A DNA stretch of 64,000 bases from an uncultured Chloroflexia bacterium (GCA_963752475.1 CAVVYR010000007.1:192001-256000); one strand, 5' to 3'. Shown: positions 9,426-23,700, counted from the first letter of the stretch. Notes: a model not told the origin generated them from the sequence alone. Translations and numbers: made by a program.

Positions 9426-10894
9426 GGCTGAGCGATCTCCCCCTCGGCGGTCGCCTGGGCTACCGCCTCAGGGATGAGCTCCTGCACCGAGCCGAGGTAC
9501 TTCTCGATGGCGTGAGCTGCGCGCTTGCCATCGCCCATGGCCAGGATGACCGTGGCCGCACCGCGCACGATGTCGCCGCCGGCGAAGATGCCCGGCACCG
9601 AGGTCATGCCGTCCTCGTCCACGATGAGGTAGCCCCACTCGTTGATCTTGAGGTCCGGCTCGGACGAGGTCAGCATGGGGTTGCTGCGTGTGCCGATGGC
9701 GACCACGACCATGTCGCAGTCGAGGACGTACTCGGAGTCGGGGATGGCCGTGGGCCGGCGTCGGCCGGAGTCGTCCGCCTCGCCCAGTTCCATCATCTGG
9801 CATTCGATGCCGCTGACCCAGCCTTCGTCGTTGCCGAGGATGCGGGTCGGCGAGGCCATCAGCTCGAACTTGACGCCCTCTTCCTCCGCGTGGTGGACCT
9901 CCTCCGCGCGGGCAGGTAACTCGTCCTTGCCCCGGCGGTAGGCGATGATGGCCTCCTTGGCGCCCATCCGGCGGGCGGTGCGGACCGCGTCCATGGCCAC
10001 GTTGCCGCCACCGACCACGACCACCTTCTGGCCCTGCAGTACCGGCGTATCGGTGTCCTCGCGGAAGGCGCCCATGAGGTTGACGCGCGTGAGGTACTCG
10101 TTGGCCGAGTAGACGCCCTTGAGCTCCTCGCCCGGGATGTTCATGAAGACCGGCAGGCCGGCGCCGACGGCAATGAAGACGGCATCGTAGTTCTGGCGTA
10201 GCTCGCGCAGCGTCCAGGTCTTGCCCACGATGGCGTTGACCTCGATGGTCACGCCCAGGTCCTTGAGCCGGTCGACCTCCTTCTGCACGATGTCCTTGGG
10301 CAGGCGGAACTCTGGGATGCCGTAGATGAGCACGCCACCGGGCGCATGGAAGGCCTCGAAGATGGTGACCTTGTGGCCGCTCTTGGCCAGCTCGCCCGCG
10401 GCGGTCAGGCCGGCGGGGCCGGAGCCGACGATGGCCACCCGGTGGCCGGTATCGGGATCGACGTTGGTCTTGAGCTCATCGAGATGATCCTGGGCCCAGT
10501 CGGCCACGAAGCGCTCGAGAGCGCCCACGGCCACGGGCTCGCCCTTCTTGGCCCTGATGCACAGACCCTCGCACTGGGTCTCCTGCGGACAGACGCGGCC
10601 GGTGACGCAGGGGAGGGCGTTGTCGTCGAGGAGCGACTCGGCCGCGAGGTGAAGGTCACCTTCGGCCAGGTGTGTGATGAACTTGGGGATGTTGACGCGG
10701 ACGGGGCAGCCATCGAGGCAGCGCGGGTTGCGGCAGTCGAGGCAACGCTCCGCCTCCTCCATGGCCAGGGCCTGGGAGTAGCCCAGGCTGACCTCGTTGA
10801 AGTCCATCGAGCGGATGACCGCCGAACGGGCGGGTACGTCATGGCGCTCGATCTGCATCCGTTCCTTGGGGGAGAGGTCGGGACGCTCGGTCAT
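9422..10894 (-). CDS. nfnB: NfnB/SudA-type large subunit (GltD-like flavo Fe-S oxidoreductase)
   Basis: EAERCLDC..PRC..GCPV, TGRVCPQETQCE, GSGPAG, YGIPEFRLPK, GGGNVAMD, AGGDIVRGAATVILAMGDG; coupled to an NfnA-like gene. Confidence 0.85.
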   Translation of the reverse strand: MTERPDLSPKERMQIERHDVPARSAVIRSMDFNEVSLGYSQALAMEEAERCLDCRNPRCLDGCPVRVNIPKFITHLAEGDLHLAAESLLDDNALPCVTGRVCPQETQCEGLCIRAKKGEPVAVGALERFVADWAQDHLDELKTNVDPDTGHRVAIVGSGPAGLTAAGELAKSGHKVTIFEAFHAPGGVLIYGIPEFRLPKDIVQKEVDRLKDLGVTIEVNAIVGKTWTLRELRQNYDAVFIAVGAGLPVFMNIPGEELKGVYSANEYLTRVNLMGAFREDTDTPVLQGQKVVVVGGGNVAMDAVRTARRMGAKEAIIAYRRGKDELPARAEEVHHAEEEGVKFELMASPTRILGNDEGWVSGIECQMMELGEADDSGRRRPTAIPDSEYVLDCDMVVVAIGTRSNPMLTSSEPDLKINEWGYLIVDEDGMTSVPGIFAGGDIVRGAATVILAMGDGKRAAHAIEKYLGSVQELIPEAVAQATAEGEIAQP

Positions 10895-11751
10895 CGCGGT
10901 GTGTCTCCTCCGGCGGCCTCGGCAAGTCCGGCGATCATGCAGGTGCCGACCTCGTAGGCGTCCTTCTCGACCTCGCGATACATCGCCAGGCGGTCGCTCA
11001 GTTGCCTGAAGTCGACCTGGTGGGCGTCGAACTCAGGGCCCTCCACGCAGGCGTAGACGGTCTTGCCGCCGACGCTCACGCGGCAGCCGCCGCACATGCC
11101 CGTGCCGTCGACCATGATCGCGTTCAGCGAGACCGTGGTGGGCACGTCGTATTCCTTGGTCACGCTGGCCACAGCGCCCATCATCGGCACCGGGCCCACG
11201 GCGTAGACGTGGTCGACGCCGCCCTCCTCGAGCATGTCGCGCAGCTCGTCGGTGACGAACCCGTGGCGCCCGTACGAACCGTCGTCGGTACACACGCGCA
11301 CGTCGCCGTAGCGCTTGAGCTGGTCCTCGAAGATGACCCACTCCTTGGCCCGGCCGCCGATGATGCTGGTGACCTGCGCACCGTTCTGTGCGAGGCCCTG
11401 GGCCAGGGGGTGGACGACCGCGGTGCCCACACCGCCACCGACACAGACGGCGTGGCCGCTCTCGATGAGCTCCGTGGCTTCACCCAGCGGCCCGGCCACG
11501 TCCTGGATGGCGTCGCCTTCCTGGAGCATGCACAGGTCACAACTGGTCTTGCCCACGGCCTGGATGGTGAGGGTGATGGTGCCGGCCTCCGGGTCGGCGT
11601 CCGCGATGGTGAGGGGCACGCGCTCGGCACCGTCGCCGATGCGGACGATGACGAACTGGCCGGGTCGTCGCACCTGGGCGATGCGGCTGGCCTCGATCTC
11701 GAGGCGTGTGACGTTGGGGGAGAGGACCTCCCGCTTCACGACTGGGTGCAT
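10891..11751 (-). CDS. nfnA: NfnA/SudB-type small subunit (FAD/NAD-binding, 2Fe-2S)
   Basis: PGQFVIVR..ERVPLTIAD, GPLG, GGGVG, TDDGSYG, MVDGTGMCGGCRV..CVEGPEFD. Confidence 0.87.
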   Translation of the reverse strand: MHPVVKREVLSPNVTRLEIEASRIAQVRRPGQFVIVRIGDGAERVPLTIADADPEAGTITLTIQAVGKTSCDLCMLQEGDAIQDVAGPLGEATELIESGHAVCVGGGVGTAVVHPLAQGLAQNGAQVTSIIGGRAKEWVIFEDQLKRYGDVRVCTDDGSYGRHGFVTDELRDMLEEGGVDHVYAVGPVPMMGAVASVTKEYDVPTTVSLNAIMVDGTGMCGGCRVSVGGKTVYACVEGPEFDAHQVDFRQLSDRLAMYREVEKDAYEVGTCMIAGLAEAAGGDTPR

Positions 11752-11874
11752 GGGACCTCTGCGGCTGGGGGCGCTATCGACGCGCCCTCATCATGACCGA
11801 CTGCGAGTCAATGTGCACCAGCATGCGCACCATTCTCGAGGTGCCGAAGATCACGGGCCTGACGTCTGGGTGGA

Positions 11875-12675
11875 CTAGGCCGTGGGCTTCTTGCCCTTGG
11901 GCCAGTAGAGTTCCTTCTTCACGTGCGTCTCGGGATAGCCACAGGCGGTCAGGACCTCCTCGGCGTTGAGGATCATCTCGGGGTTGCCGCAGAGATAGGC
12001 CACGGTGTCCGTCGGATCGAGACCCTGCTCCCTGCACACGTCGCGGACGACGGCCTCGGCACGGCCGGTGTGGCCGGTCCAGCCCTTGTTGCGCTCCTCC
12101 TGGGGGCGCGAGACGGTGGGCACATAGGTCATGGGGTAGGTGCCGTCGCGCTCCAGGCCCTCGAGCCAATCGCGGTAGCCCAGCTCATCCTGGTAGCTGC
12201 AGCCATGGATCATGATCGTCCTGCGCGGCGTGCCCTCGTGCATGAGGTGCTGGATCATGGCGATGAAGGGGGCGATGCCGGTGCCGGTCGAGATAAGCAC
12301 GTGCGTTCGATCGTCGTCGGGCTGGAGCATGAAGCGGCCCTTGGGCCCGATCATGCGCATCTTCTGCCCAACGGGCAGTCGCCACAGCAGCGTGGTGAAT
12401 CGCAGGATCGGCACCAAGCGCACGTAGAACTCAAAGCCCTGCTCGCCGGTGTCCGCCGGCGCCGAGGCTACCGAGTACGGCCGCTGGTAGAGCTTGTCGT
12501 CGGCGTAGACCCCGATGGTCATGTATTGGCCGGGCTCGAAGTCGGGCATGGGGCCGTCAGTGCGGACCCAGAACCGGGCCAGCGAGTCGTTGTCGTCTTC
12601 GCGCTTCACCAGCGTGGCGTTGTACTTCTCCGCCGTAGGCTCGATGACGCGCGTGTCACGGAGTTGGTCGGTCAT
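11875..12675 (-). CDS. fpr: ferredoxin--NADP(+) reductase (bacterial Fpr-like)
   Basis: PGQY, RPYSVAS, GPKGRF, STGTGIAPF, YLCGNPEM, C-terminal ELYW. Confidence 0.8.
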   Translation of the reverse strand: MTDQLRDTRVIEPTAEKYNATLVKREDDNDSLARFWVRTDGPMPDFEPGQYMTIGVYADDKLYQRPYSVASAPADTGEQGFEFYVRLVPILRFTTLLWRLPVGQKMRMIGPKGRFMLQPDDDRTHVLISTGTGIAPFIAMIQHLMHEGTPRRTIMIHGCSYQDELGYRDWLEGLERDGTYPMTYVPTVSRPQEERNKGWTGHTGRAEAVVRDVCREQGLDPTDTVAYLCGNPEMILNAEEVLTACGYPETHVKKELYWPKGKKPTA

Positions 12676-12734
12676 GACCCTGAGTGTACGGGCCTCGGGC
12701 CGAACAGGGGGCGCGCCCGGGTGGCGCCCCGGTA

Positions 12735-13055
12735 ACCGTGTGTGCGTGCGCGGCCGCGATGGCTCCCAGGATGACCTCGTTGAAGGTGGAGGCCTCGCAG
12801 TACTGCGCCCGATGAGCGAGCACGATGCCGCCGCCCTGGGCCACGACGAACTCGCCCGGCAACTGCCACATCTGGTCTACCAGCGCCCGTTCGGTGCCGC
12901 GGCACGAGGCCGTCCAACCCTGGACCGTCTGAGTGTCACCGGGCTTCCAGGGAATCCCCGGTGATGGTCGCGGGCACGTCCTCGGGCACGTCCTCGGGCA
13001 GTCCCAAGGCCCGACAGGCGGTCAGCTCCGGGTCGCCCGGCAGAGTCGGATCGGG
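12735..13055 (-). pseudogene. 5'-truncated, frameshifted remnant of an AhpC/TSA (peroxiredoxin-like) family gene
   Basis: DPELTACRALGLPEDVP..ATIT in one frame, then PWKPGD..GTERALVDQMWQLPGEFVV..IVLAHRAQYCE in another. Contains a 12-bp tandem duplication; N-terminal half is missing. Confidence 0.6.
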
Positions 13056-13264
13056 CCGAGTCGGTCATCGGCGGGCTCCGTGTCGCATGCGTGGGGCCGC
13101 CGAGTCCACCGGATCCGCCTGCCGCTGTGGCCAGCCGGACCGTGCCACGGGGGGCCTAATGGCAGTGGTAAGTCTTGGGCGGTCGTCTATCATTCGGGTT
13201 GTCCAGATACCGACGCTGCGGTCCCCCATGCCCGCCAGCCCCAATCTCTGAGGTTTCTCTGTCT

Positions 13265-16009
<2,745 letters not shown>

Positions 16010-16020
16010 CTCCACTACTC

Positions 16021-16057
16021 GAAGAGGCCCGGTCGCGAGGAGTGACCGGGCCTCTTC
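16021..16057 (+). terminator. intrinsic terminator after ppdK
   Basis: GAAGAGGCCCGGTCGC...GTGACCGGGCCTCTTC stem followed by TGATT. Confidence 0.7.
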
Positions 16058-16297
16058 TGATTCCGGCGCACGGGTACACGGGAGTCTCGATCCTGGGGAC
16101 GGGGAGCAGGGGAACGGGAGCGCCACCATCCGGTCTGCCGGTTCCGGCTGATCGCACTCGTGATCGGTCGAGTTGCCCCACCCATCGCAACACCCCGGCC
16201 ACATTCCGCTGGGCCGGCGAGTGTCGTGAGCGTGCAAGCGGACGATTCCTTCGCATCGCGTACACTATTGCTAAGTCGCTAGGTATAAGAAACGCCC

Positions 16298-16780
16298 GTG
16301 TCCCCAAGACAACCCCTCGAGGAAGAGATCCTCGAACTGTTCCATGCGCTCATGCGCGACATCGCCGAGTCCCACGCACCCGAGTTCATGGGCGTGGACA
16401 TCACGATGTCGCAGGCCAAGGCGCTCTACCTTCTGTCCGTGCGTCCAGGCGCGACGATGTCGTCGATCGCGGCCGAGCTCGGCGTCGGAGCCTCAGCGGT
16501 CAGCGGTCTTGTCGATCGCCTCGTGGCCCAGGGCTCCGTCGAACGCCAGGAGGACCCAGCGGATCGACGCCAGCAGCTGGTGACCATCACCGACGCCGGC
16601 ACGGCCACGCTCGACCGCATGCGCGAGATGCGCGCCCAGGTCACCCTCCGCCTGCTCAAGGGCCTCGACGATGACGAGCTCGAGGCCTTCCGCACCAGTC
16701 TCATCGCCCTCGATCGTGAGGTCCAGCGCCTCGACTCGGTCGACGCCTCCGACACCCGACCCGAAAGGACCGCCCAATGA
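16298..16780 (+). CDS. MarR family transcriptional regulator (copy 1)
   Basis: ITMSQAKAL, SAVSGLVDRLV..G.VER..DPADRR...VTIT..G winged HTH. Confidence 0.92.
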   Translation: MSPRQPLEEEILELFHALMRDIAESHAPEFMGVDITMSQAKALYLLSVRPGATMSSIAAELGVGASAVSGLVDRLVAQGSVERQEDPADRRQQLVTITDAGTATLDRMREMRAQVTLRLLKGLDDDELEAFRTSLIALDREVQRLDSVDASDTRPERTAQ

Positions 16781-19700
16781 TCCGCCTGACCCAGTTCGCC
16801 GTGAAGGAGAAGAGCGTCATCATCCTCCTTGCGGTGGGTGTGCTTCTCGCCGGCCTCTTCAGCTGGAACTCGCTGCGTCAGGAGCTCCTGCCGGACATCG
16901 AGTTCCCCTTCGTGACCATCATCACGCCGGTGCCCGGCGCGGGCGCCGAGGACGTGGCCGTGCAGGTCACAGAGCCGGTCGAGCAGGCCATCAGCAACAT
17001 CCCGCGACTACAGACGGTGACCTCGACCTCGGGTAGCTCGCTCTCGCTGGTCTTCGCGGAGTTCGACTTCGGGACCGATCTCAAGGAGACCCTGACCGAG
17101 GTGGAGCAGGCTGTGCGTCAGCTCGATCTGCCCGACGGCAGCGAGCCGCAGGTCAGCAGCTTCGACTTCAACAGCCAGCCCATCGTCGTCGCCACCGTCG
17201 GCCCCATCGAGGGCGCCGATCCCACCGAAGCCGCGGAGATCGCCCGCAACGAGGTCGTACCCGCTGTTCAGGGCATCGACGGCGTCTCCACGGTCGACCT
17301 CACCGGCGGCCCCACGCCCATCCTGGACATCGTGCTCGACCCGGCCGCCATGGCCGAGACCGGCATCGCCCTGCAGCAGGTACAGGGTCTGCTCTTCGCC
17401 AACCAGATCACCTTGCCTTCGGGCGCCATCGACGAAGGTGGCTTGCGGCTGCCCGTCAGCACGTTCCACGAGTTCGATTCCGTCGAGTCGCTCGAGAGCC
17501 TCATCGTGGGCGCTCGCACCCCCGACGTCGGTGACGCTGCCGCTGCGGTGGCTGCTCCCGATCAGGCCGAGCTCCCCGCGGAAGGGGAAGCCCCTGCGGG
17601 CGAGGATGCAGACGGGCTCTTCGACTTCGGTGGCCTGACCGACGCCCTGGCCCGGATCCCGCAGCCGGTGACGCTCGGCGAGATCGCCACCATCGAGCAG
17701 CAGGATGTCCAGGTCTCCGGCTACGCCCGCACCAACGGCCAGCCCAGCCTTACGCTCAGCGTGACCAAGCAGTCGGGCGGCAACACGGTGCAGGTGGCCT
17801 CCGACGTGGAGGCGGCCTTCGACGAGGCCCTCGAGTCCTACGGGGACGTCATCGCCATCAACGTCATCCAGAACCAGGCCATCTTCATCGAGGAGTCCAC
17901 GGCCGGTCTGGTGCAGGAGGGCCTGCTGGGAGCGCTCTTCGCGGTGCTCGTCATCTACACCTTCCTGCGCAGCGCCCGCACCACGCTCGTGGCCGCGGTC
18001 AGCATCCCGCTCTCGATCTTCCTGGCCATCGCCATCTTCGGCGTAGCAGGTCTGACCATCAACATCCTCACGCTCGGCGGCCTCGCCGTGGCCGTCGGCA
18101 GAGTGGTCGATGACTCCATCGTCGTGCTCGAGAACATCTATCGCCATCGCGGACTGGGTGATTCGGTGCACGACTCGGTCATCGTCGGCACGAAGGAAGT
18201 GGCGGGGGCCATCACCAGCTCGACCATCACCACGGCCGCCGTGTTCCTGCCCATCGGCTTCGTCGGCGGCATCGTGAGCCAGTTCTTCCTGCCCTTCGGC
18301 CTGGCCGTGGCCTTCGCTCTGCTGGCCTCGCTGCTGGTGGCCCTGACGGTCATCCCGGTGCTGGCCTACTGGTTCGTGGACAAGGTCGACCTCGAGTTCG
18401 ACGAGACCGGCGAGCCCAAGATGACGATCTGGCAGCGGCTCTACACGCCGGTGCTCATCGTGGCCCTGCGCAACCGCCTGACCAAGTGGGGCACGCTCGT
18501 CGTCGCCGGCGTCCTCTTCTTCATCGCCCTCGGCCTGGCCCCGCTGCTGCCGACGAGCTTCGTCGATGCCGGTGGCGAGAACTTCCTGACCATCACCGTT
18601 ACGCCACCACAGGGCTCCTCGACCGCCGGCGTGCAGGACAAGACCCTCGAGGCCGAGGACATCCTCCTCGCGCGCGACGATGTCGAGCTGCTCCAGTCGA
18701 CCATCCCCGGCGAGGCCGACACCGGCGCCCAGGCGCTGCAGTCGGCCTTCAGCGGTCGTGCCTCCAACAGTGCCGTCATCACCGTCCGCCTCGACGATGA
18801 GGCAGACCTCGAAGTCAGCCGCGAGGAGATCAAGGCCGATCTTGAGCCCATCAACACCGATGGCTTCGATGTGTCCGTGACCGAGCAGGATGCCTTCGGC
18901 GGCGGCAGTGCTCTCCAGATCATCGTCAGCGGACAAGACGCCGTGGAGATCGAACAGGCCGCGAGCGCCATCGTGACCGAGCTCGAGACGATGGAGGATC
19001 TCGACAACGTCGAGTCCGACGCGGTCTCCGAGACCCCGCAGGTGGCGGTCATCGTCGACCCCAACAAGGCCGCCCTCATCGGCTCGTCCACGGCCCAGAT
19101 CGGGACCCAGATCCGCGAGGTGCTCGTGGGTCAGCCCATCGGCAACTACGCGCTCGAGGATGGTCGCGTCGTGACCACCATCCTGCGTGTCTCCGACGCG
19201 GGCGTCGACGGCGTCGAGGGCCTGCGCGCCATGCCCGTCAGCGGCATGGCGGGCACTTCCACGCTGGGTGAAGTGGCCCAGGTCGAGCAGGTCGAGGTGC
19301 GTGGCACGGTCACGCGCGTCGACGGCTCACCGGCTGCCACGGTCTCCGCCGACGTACTCACGCAGGACCTCGCGGGTGTCTCGCAGGAGGCAGCCGACAA
19401 GGTCGATGAACTCGAGGCAGCGGGTGAGGTCCCCCAGTCGGTGGAGGTCACCTTCTCCGGTGCTACCGCCGAGCAGGCGGAGGCTTTCGAGGGCCTGTTC
19501 CTCTCGATGGGCGTGGCCGTCCTCGTGGTCTACATCGTGATGGTGCTGGCCCTGGGCTCGCTCATCACGCCCTTCATCATCCTCTTCAGCCTGCCGTTGG
19601 CCATCATCGGCGCCATCCCGGCGCTGTTGGTCTCGGGCAACCCACTGGGCATCAGCGCCCTGATCGGCTTCCTCATGCTCATCGGGATCGTGGTCACCAA

Positions 19701-20070
19701 CGCCATCGTGTTGCTGGACTTCGTGGAGCAACTGAAGCGCAAGGGTCACTCAGACTACGATGCGCTCGTACGCGGCGCGAACACCCGTGTGCGGCCGATC
19801 CTCATGACCGCCATCGCCACGATCCTGGCGCTCACGCCGGTCGCGATCGGCTTCGCCCATGGCTCGATCATCGCGGAGGAGTTGGCTACGGTCGTCATCG
19901 GCGGCCTCTTCAGCTCGACCTTCCTCACGCTGATGGTCATCCCCGTCATCTACTCACTCGTCGATGGCGGGAAGGATGGCTTCCGCCAGCGCTTCATGAG
20001 TAGCGGCTCTGACGAGGATGCGCCGCCCGAGGCACCGGACACACCGGCTCCGGCTCCCGCCGAGGGCTGA
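16777..20070 (+). CDS. RND (AcrB/SwrC-like) efflux permease (copy 1)
   Basis: 1097 aa; ELLPDIEFP, VVDDSIVVLENI, GIVVTNAIVLLD, RVRPILMT, VIGGLFSSTFLTL. Confidence 0.94.
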   Translation: MIRLTQFAVKEKSVIILLAVGVLLAGLFSWNSLRQELLPDIEFPFVTIITPVPGAGAEDVAVQVTEPVEQAISNIPRLQTVTSTSGSSLSLVFAEFDFGTDLKETLTEVEQAVRQLDLPDGSEPQVSSFDFNSQPIVVATVGPIEGADPTEAAEIARNEVVPAVQGIDGVSTVDLTGGPTPILDIVLDPAAMAETGIALQQVQGLLFANQITLPSGAIDEGGLRLPVSTFHEFDSVESLESLIVGARTPDVGDAAAAVAAPDQAELPAEGEAPAGEDADGLFDFGGLTDALARIPQPVTLGEIATIEQQDVQVSGYARTNGQPSLTLSVTKQSGGNTVQVASDVEAAFDEALESYGDVIAINVIQNQAIFIEESTAGLVQEGLLGALFAVLVIYTFLRSARTTLVAAVSIPLSIFLAIAIFGVAGLTINILTLGGLAVAVGRVVDDSIVVLENIYRHRGLGDSVHDSVIVGTKEVAGAITSSTITTAAVFLPIGFVGGIVSQFFLPFGLAVAFALLASLLVALTVIPVLAYWFVDKVDLEFDETGEPKMTIWQRLYTPVLIVALRNRLTKWGTLVVAGVLFFIALGLAPLLPTSFVDAGGENFLTITVTPPQGSSTAGVQDKTLEAEDILLARDDVELLQSTIPGEADTGAQALQSAFSGRASNSAVITVRLDDEADLEVSREEIKADLEPINTDGFDVSVTEQDAFGGGSALQIIVSGQDAVEIEQAASAIVTELETMEDLDNVESDAVSETPQVAVIVDPNKAALIGSSTAQIGTQIREVLVGQPIGNYALEDGRVVTTILRVSDAGVDGVEGLRAMPVSGMAGTSTLGEVAQVEQVEVRGTVTRVDGSPAATVSADVLTQDLAGVSQEAADKVDELEAAGEVPQSVEVTFSGATAEQAEAFEGLFLSMGVAVLVVYIVMVLALGSLITPFIILFSLPLAIIGAIPALLVSGNPLGISALIGFLMLIGIVVTNAIVLLDFVEQLKRKGHSDYDALVRGANTRVRPILMTAIATILALTPVAIGFAHGSIIAEELATVVIGGLFSSTFLTLMVIPVIYSLVDGGKDGFRQRFMSSGSDEDAPPEAPDTPAPAPAEG

Positions 20071-20098
20071 GCCCCGACCCCACGACCCGACGCACGAC

Positions 20099-20130
20099 GA
20101 AGACCCGGTCGCGAAAGCGGCCGGGTCTTC
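20099..20130 (+). terminator. stem-loop terminator after RND copy 1
   Basis: GAAGACCCGGTCGC-GAAA-GCGGCCGGGTCTTC. Confidence 0.7.
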
Positions 20131-20256
20131 TGGTACCTGCGGCACCCCCGAGAAGGGACCACTGGCCCGGCCCGGTTTCGTTCGCCTGCGCGGTACCATT
20201 CGGTACATGCGAACTATTCGTGCAGCCAAAACCGTGCGCGCCACGAGAACCGACTG

Positions 20257-20745
20257 GTGAGCGAGGCCTCGGCCGGCGATCTCCGCCGCGACATCCTCCA
20301 GAGTTTCGAGCTGCTCATGCAGCACGTCGCCCGTTGGCGGCAGGTCGACCTCGCCGACGTCGAGGTCACGATGCCCCAGGCCCGCTGCCTCATGTTCCTG
20401 GCCATCAAACCCTCGATCTCCATATCCGCCCTCGCGGCCCACCTGCGCATCGGCCTCCCCGCCGCCAGCGGCCTCGTCGAGCGCCTCGTGGAAGCCGGCC
20501 ACGTCGAACGCAACCCGGACGCCGATGACCGACGCCAGCAGCTCGTGACCCTAACCGAGCAGGGCCAGGCGCTCGTCGACCGGTTCCACGAGCTGCCCTC
20601 GGAGAAGTTCGGCGTGCTCATCGCTGGCTTGACCGTCAAGGAGCTCCACGGCCTCCGCCTCGGCGTCGCGGCCATCGAGCGCGAGGCCCGCCGCATCGCT
20701 GATGAAGGGCCCCAGCCCACCAGCCCCGAAAGGACCCCTGCATGA
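20257..20745 (+). CDS. MarR family transcriptional regulator (copy 2)
   Basis: VTMPQAR, AASGLVERLV..G.VER..DADDRRQQLVTLT; paralog of 16298-16780. Confidence 0.92.
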   Translation: MSEASAGDLRRDILQSFELLMQHVARWRQVDLADVEVTMPQARCLMFLAIKPSISISALAAHLRIGLPAASGLVERLVEAGHVERNPDADDRRQQLVTLTEQGQALVDRFHELPSEKFGVLIAGLTVKELHGLRLGVAAIEREARRIADEGPQPTSPERTPA

Positions 20746-23700
20746 TCCGCCTGACCGAGTTCTCGCTGCGCCAGAAGAGCGTCGTTCTCCTGCTGGCGAT
20801 CGGCATCTTCCTCGCGGGTGCATACAGCTGGACCACGCTCAAGCAGGAGCTCATCCCCGACATCCAACTGCCCTTCGTCATGGTCATCAGCCCGATGCCG
20901 GGTGCCGGTGCCGAGTCCGTGGCCGTACAGGTGACCGAGCCTATCGAGCAGACACTCGTCACCGTACCCCGGCGCGAGACCACGCAGTCGAGCTCGTCCA
21001 ACTCGATGTCGATGATCTTCGCCGAGTTCGACTTCGGCACGGACGTCAAGGCCGCAGTGGATGACGTCGAGCGTGCGGTCGGGACCGCCCAGCTGCCCGA
21101 GGACGTCGACCCCTTGGTCATGTCCTTCAGCATCGACCAGATGCCCATCGTGACCGCCACCATCGGTGCCGCCGAAGGTGCCGACCCGGCAGTGGCGGCT
21201 GAGATCGCGCGCCACGAGATCCTGCCCAAGCTACAGGGCATCGACGGCGTCTCCACCGCCGAGCTCACCGGCGGCTCGACACCCGTCCTCGACATCGTCC
21301 TCGATCCCGAGGCCATGGCCGAGAAGGGTGTCAGCCTGCAGCAGGTCCAGGGCATCCTCTACGCCAACCAGATCACGCTGCCGTCGGGCTCCATCACCGA
21401 CGGCGATCTGCGCCTGCCCGTCTCGACCGCGTACGAGTACACCTCGGTGTCCGATCTCGAGGCTCAGATCGTCGGCTCCAGTGGCGGCGCGACTGCCGCC
21501 GGTGGCGCGGGTGCCATGACAGCGGCTCCCGCCGAAGAGGCATCGGCCAAGGTGCCGGCTGCCGACGAGGTCGCGGCCGAAGAAGAGGCCGGCGGCCTGC
21601 TCGGGGCCCTCGGCGACCTGTCCCAGCTGGCCGAGGCGCTGGCAGCCATGCCCGTGCCGGTCACCCTGGGCGACATCGCCACCATCGAAGAGAACGACGC
21701 CTTCCTCTCCGGCTATGCCCGCACCAACGGCCAGCCCTCGCTGACCGTGTCGATCTCACAGACCTCCGGGGCCAACACCGTACAGGTCTCCAGCGAGGTC
21801 GAGAAGGTCTTCGAAGAGGCCCTCGAGGCCTACCCGGATGTGCTCCTCATCGAGACCGTCGTCGATTCGGCCGACTACATCAACGAATCCATCGATGGCC
21901 TGCTGCAGGAGGGCCTCCTGGGCGGCCTCTTCGCGGTCCTGGTCATCCTCCTGTTCCTGCGCAGCCTGCGCACCACGCTCGTGGCGGCCATCAGCATCCC
22001 GCTCTCGCTGTTCATCGCCATCGCCACGTTCGGCCTCTTCGGCCTGTCCATCAACATCCTGACACTCTCCGGTCTGACGGTGGCCGTGGGCAGAGTCATC
22101 GACGACTCGATCGTCGTGATCGAGAACATCTTCCGACACAAGGGCATGGGTGACGAGATCGGCGATGCCGTGATCAACGGCACCAAGGAGGTCGCCGCGG
22201 CCATCACCACCAGCACCGTCACCACGGTCGCCATCTTCCTGCCCATCGGGTTCGTGGGTGGCCTGGTTAGCCAGTTCTTCCAGCCGTTCGCGCTGGCGGT
22301 CACCTTCGCCATGCTGGCCTCGCTCGTCGTGGCCCTCACCGTCATCCCCGTGCTGGCCTACCTCTTCCTGGGCAAGATCGACGTCAGGGTCGACGAGAAC
22401 GGCGAGCCGCGGGAGACGATCTGGCAGCGCATCTACACGCCCATCCTCGAGCTCGCCCTGCGCGGGCGCCTGACCAAGTGGGCCACCGTCGGCCTGGCCG
22501 CGGTCATCTCGGTGGCGGCGATGGGCGCGGCCGCCAGCCTGCCTACCGCCTTCATCGACATGGGCGGGGAGAACCTCGTCTCCATCACCGTCTCGCCGCC
22601 GCAGGGCGGCTCCTCGGACGCGGTGCGTGAGAAGTCCATCGAAGCCGAGCAGATCCTGCTCGCGCGTGATGACGTGGAGATGGTGATGTCCACCGTCCCC
22701 GGCGACGAGGACACGGGCAGCCAGGCGCTGCAGGCCGCGTTCGCCGGTCGCGCGCCCAACAGTGCGGCCATGACCGTGCGCATCGACGACAGCGGCGACA
22801 TGGAGGAGACGCGCCAGGGCATCAAGTCCGACCTGGAACACCTCTCTGCCGACGGCTACGAGGTCGTCGTCTCCGGCGAGAGCGCGATGGCGGCCGGCAT
22901 GAGCAGCATGGCCATCGTGGTCAGCGGACCCGACGCCGCCGAGATCAAGGCTGCCAGCGATCTCATCGCGGCCGAGCTGACCGAGATGGACGGCCTGGAC
23001 AACGTGGCCAGCGACGCGGTCGCCGAGTCGCCCCAGGTGCTGGTCGCGGTCGATCCCAACATGGCCATGATGATCGGCTCGACGACCGCCCAGGTCGGAA
23101 CCTCCATCCGCGAGGTGCTCGTGGGCTCGCCGCTGGGCACCTTCACCATGGAGGACGGCACGCTCCGAGACACCACGCTGCGGGTCTCCGACGCCGGCAT
23201 CGAGTCCGTCGAGAGCCTGCGGCAGATGCCGGTTAGCGGCATGGCCGGCAGCGCCCCGCTGGGCCAGGTCGCCGACGTCGACGTGGTCGAGGTCCGAGGT
23301 ACGGTCACGCGCGTTGACGGCGCGCCGGCCGCGACGGTGACGGCCGAGATCATCACCGACGACACGGGCGCGGCTTCGGAGGAGGCAGCCCAGCGCATCG
23401 ATACGTTGCGCGAAGAGGGGCTCATTCCCGACACCATCGAGACCACCTTCGCCGGTGCCACCGCGGAGATGGAAGAGGCCTTCGGGTCACTGATCATGTC
23501 GATGCTCTTCGCCATCCTCGTGGTCTACATCGTGATGGTGCTGGCCCTGGGCTCGCTCATCACGCCCTTCATCATCCTCTTCAGCCTGCCGCTGGCGGCC
23601 ATCGGTGCCTTCCCGGCGCTGGCCATCACCGGGCATCCGCTGGGCATGAGCGCCATGGTCGGGCTGCTCATGCTCATCGGCATCGTGGTCACGAATGCCA

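Noticed and set aside
9422-10894. Glutamate synthase small subunit (gltD)
   Set aside because: No gltB nearby, and the gene is translationally coupled to an NfnA-type gene, so NfnB is preferred
12735-13055. Selenoprotein read-through in the AhpC-like remnant
   Set aside because: The break is a frameshift plus truncation, not an in-frame TGA at a redox motif
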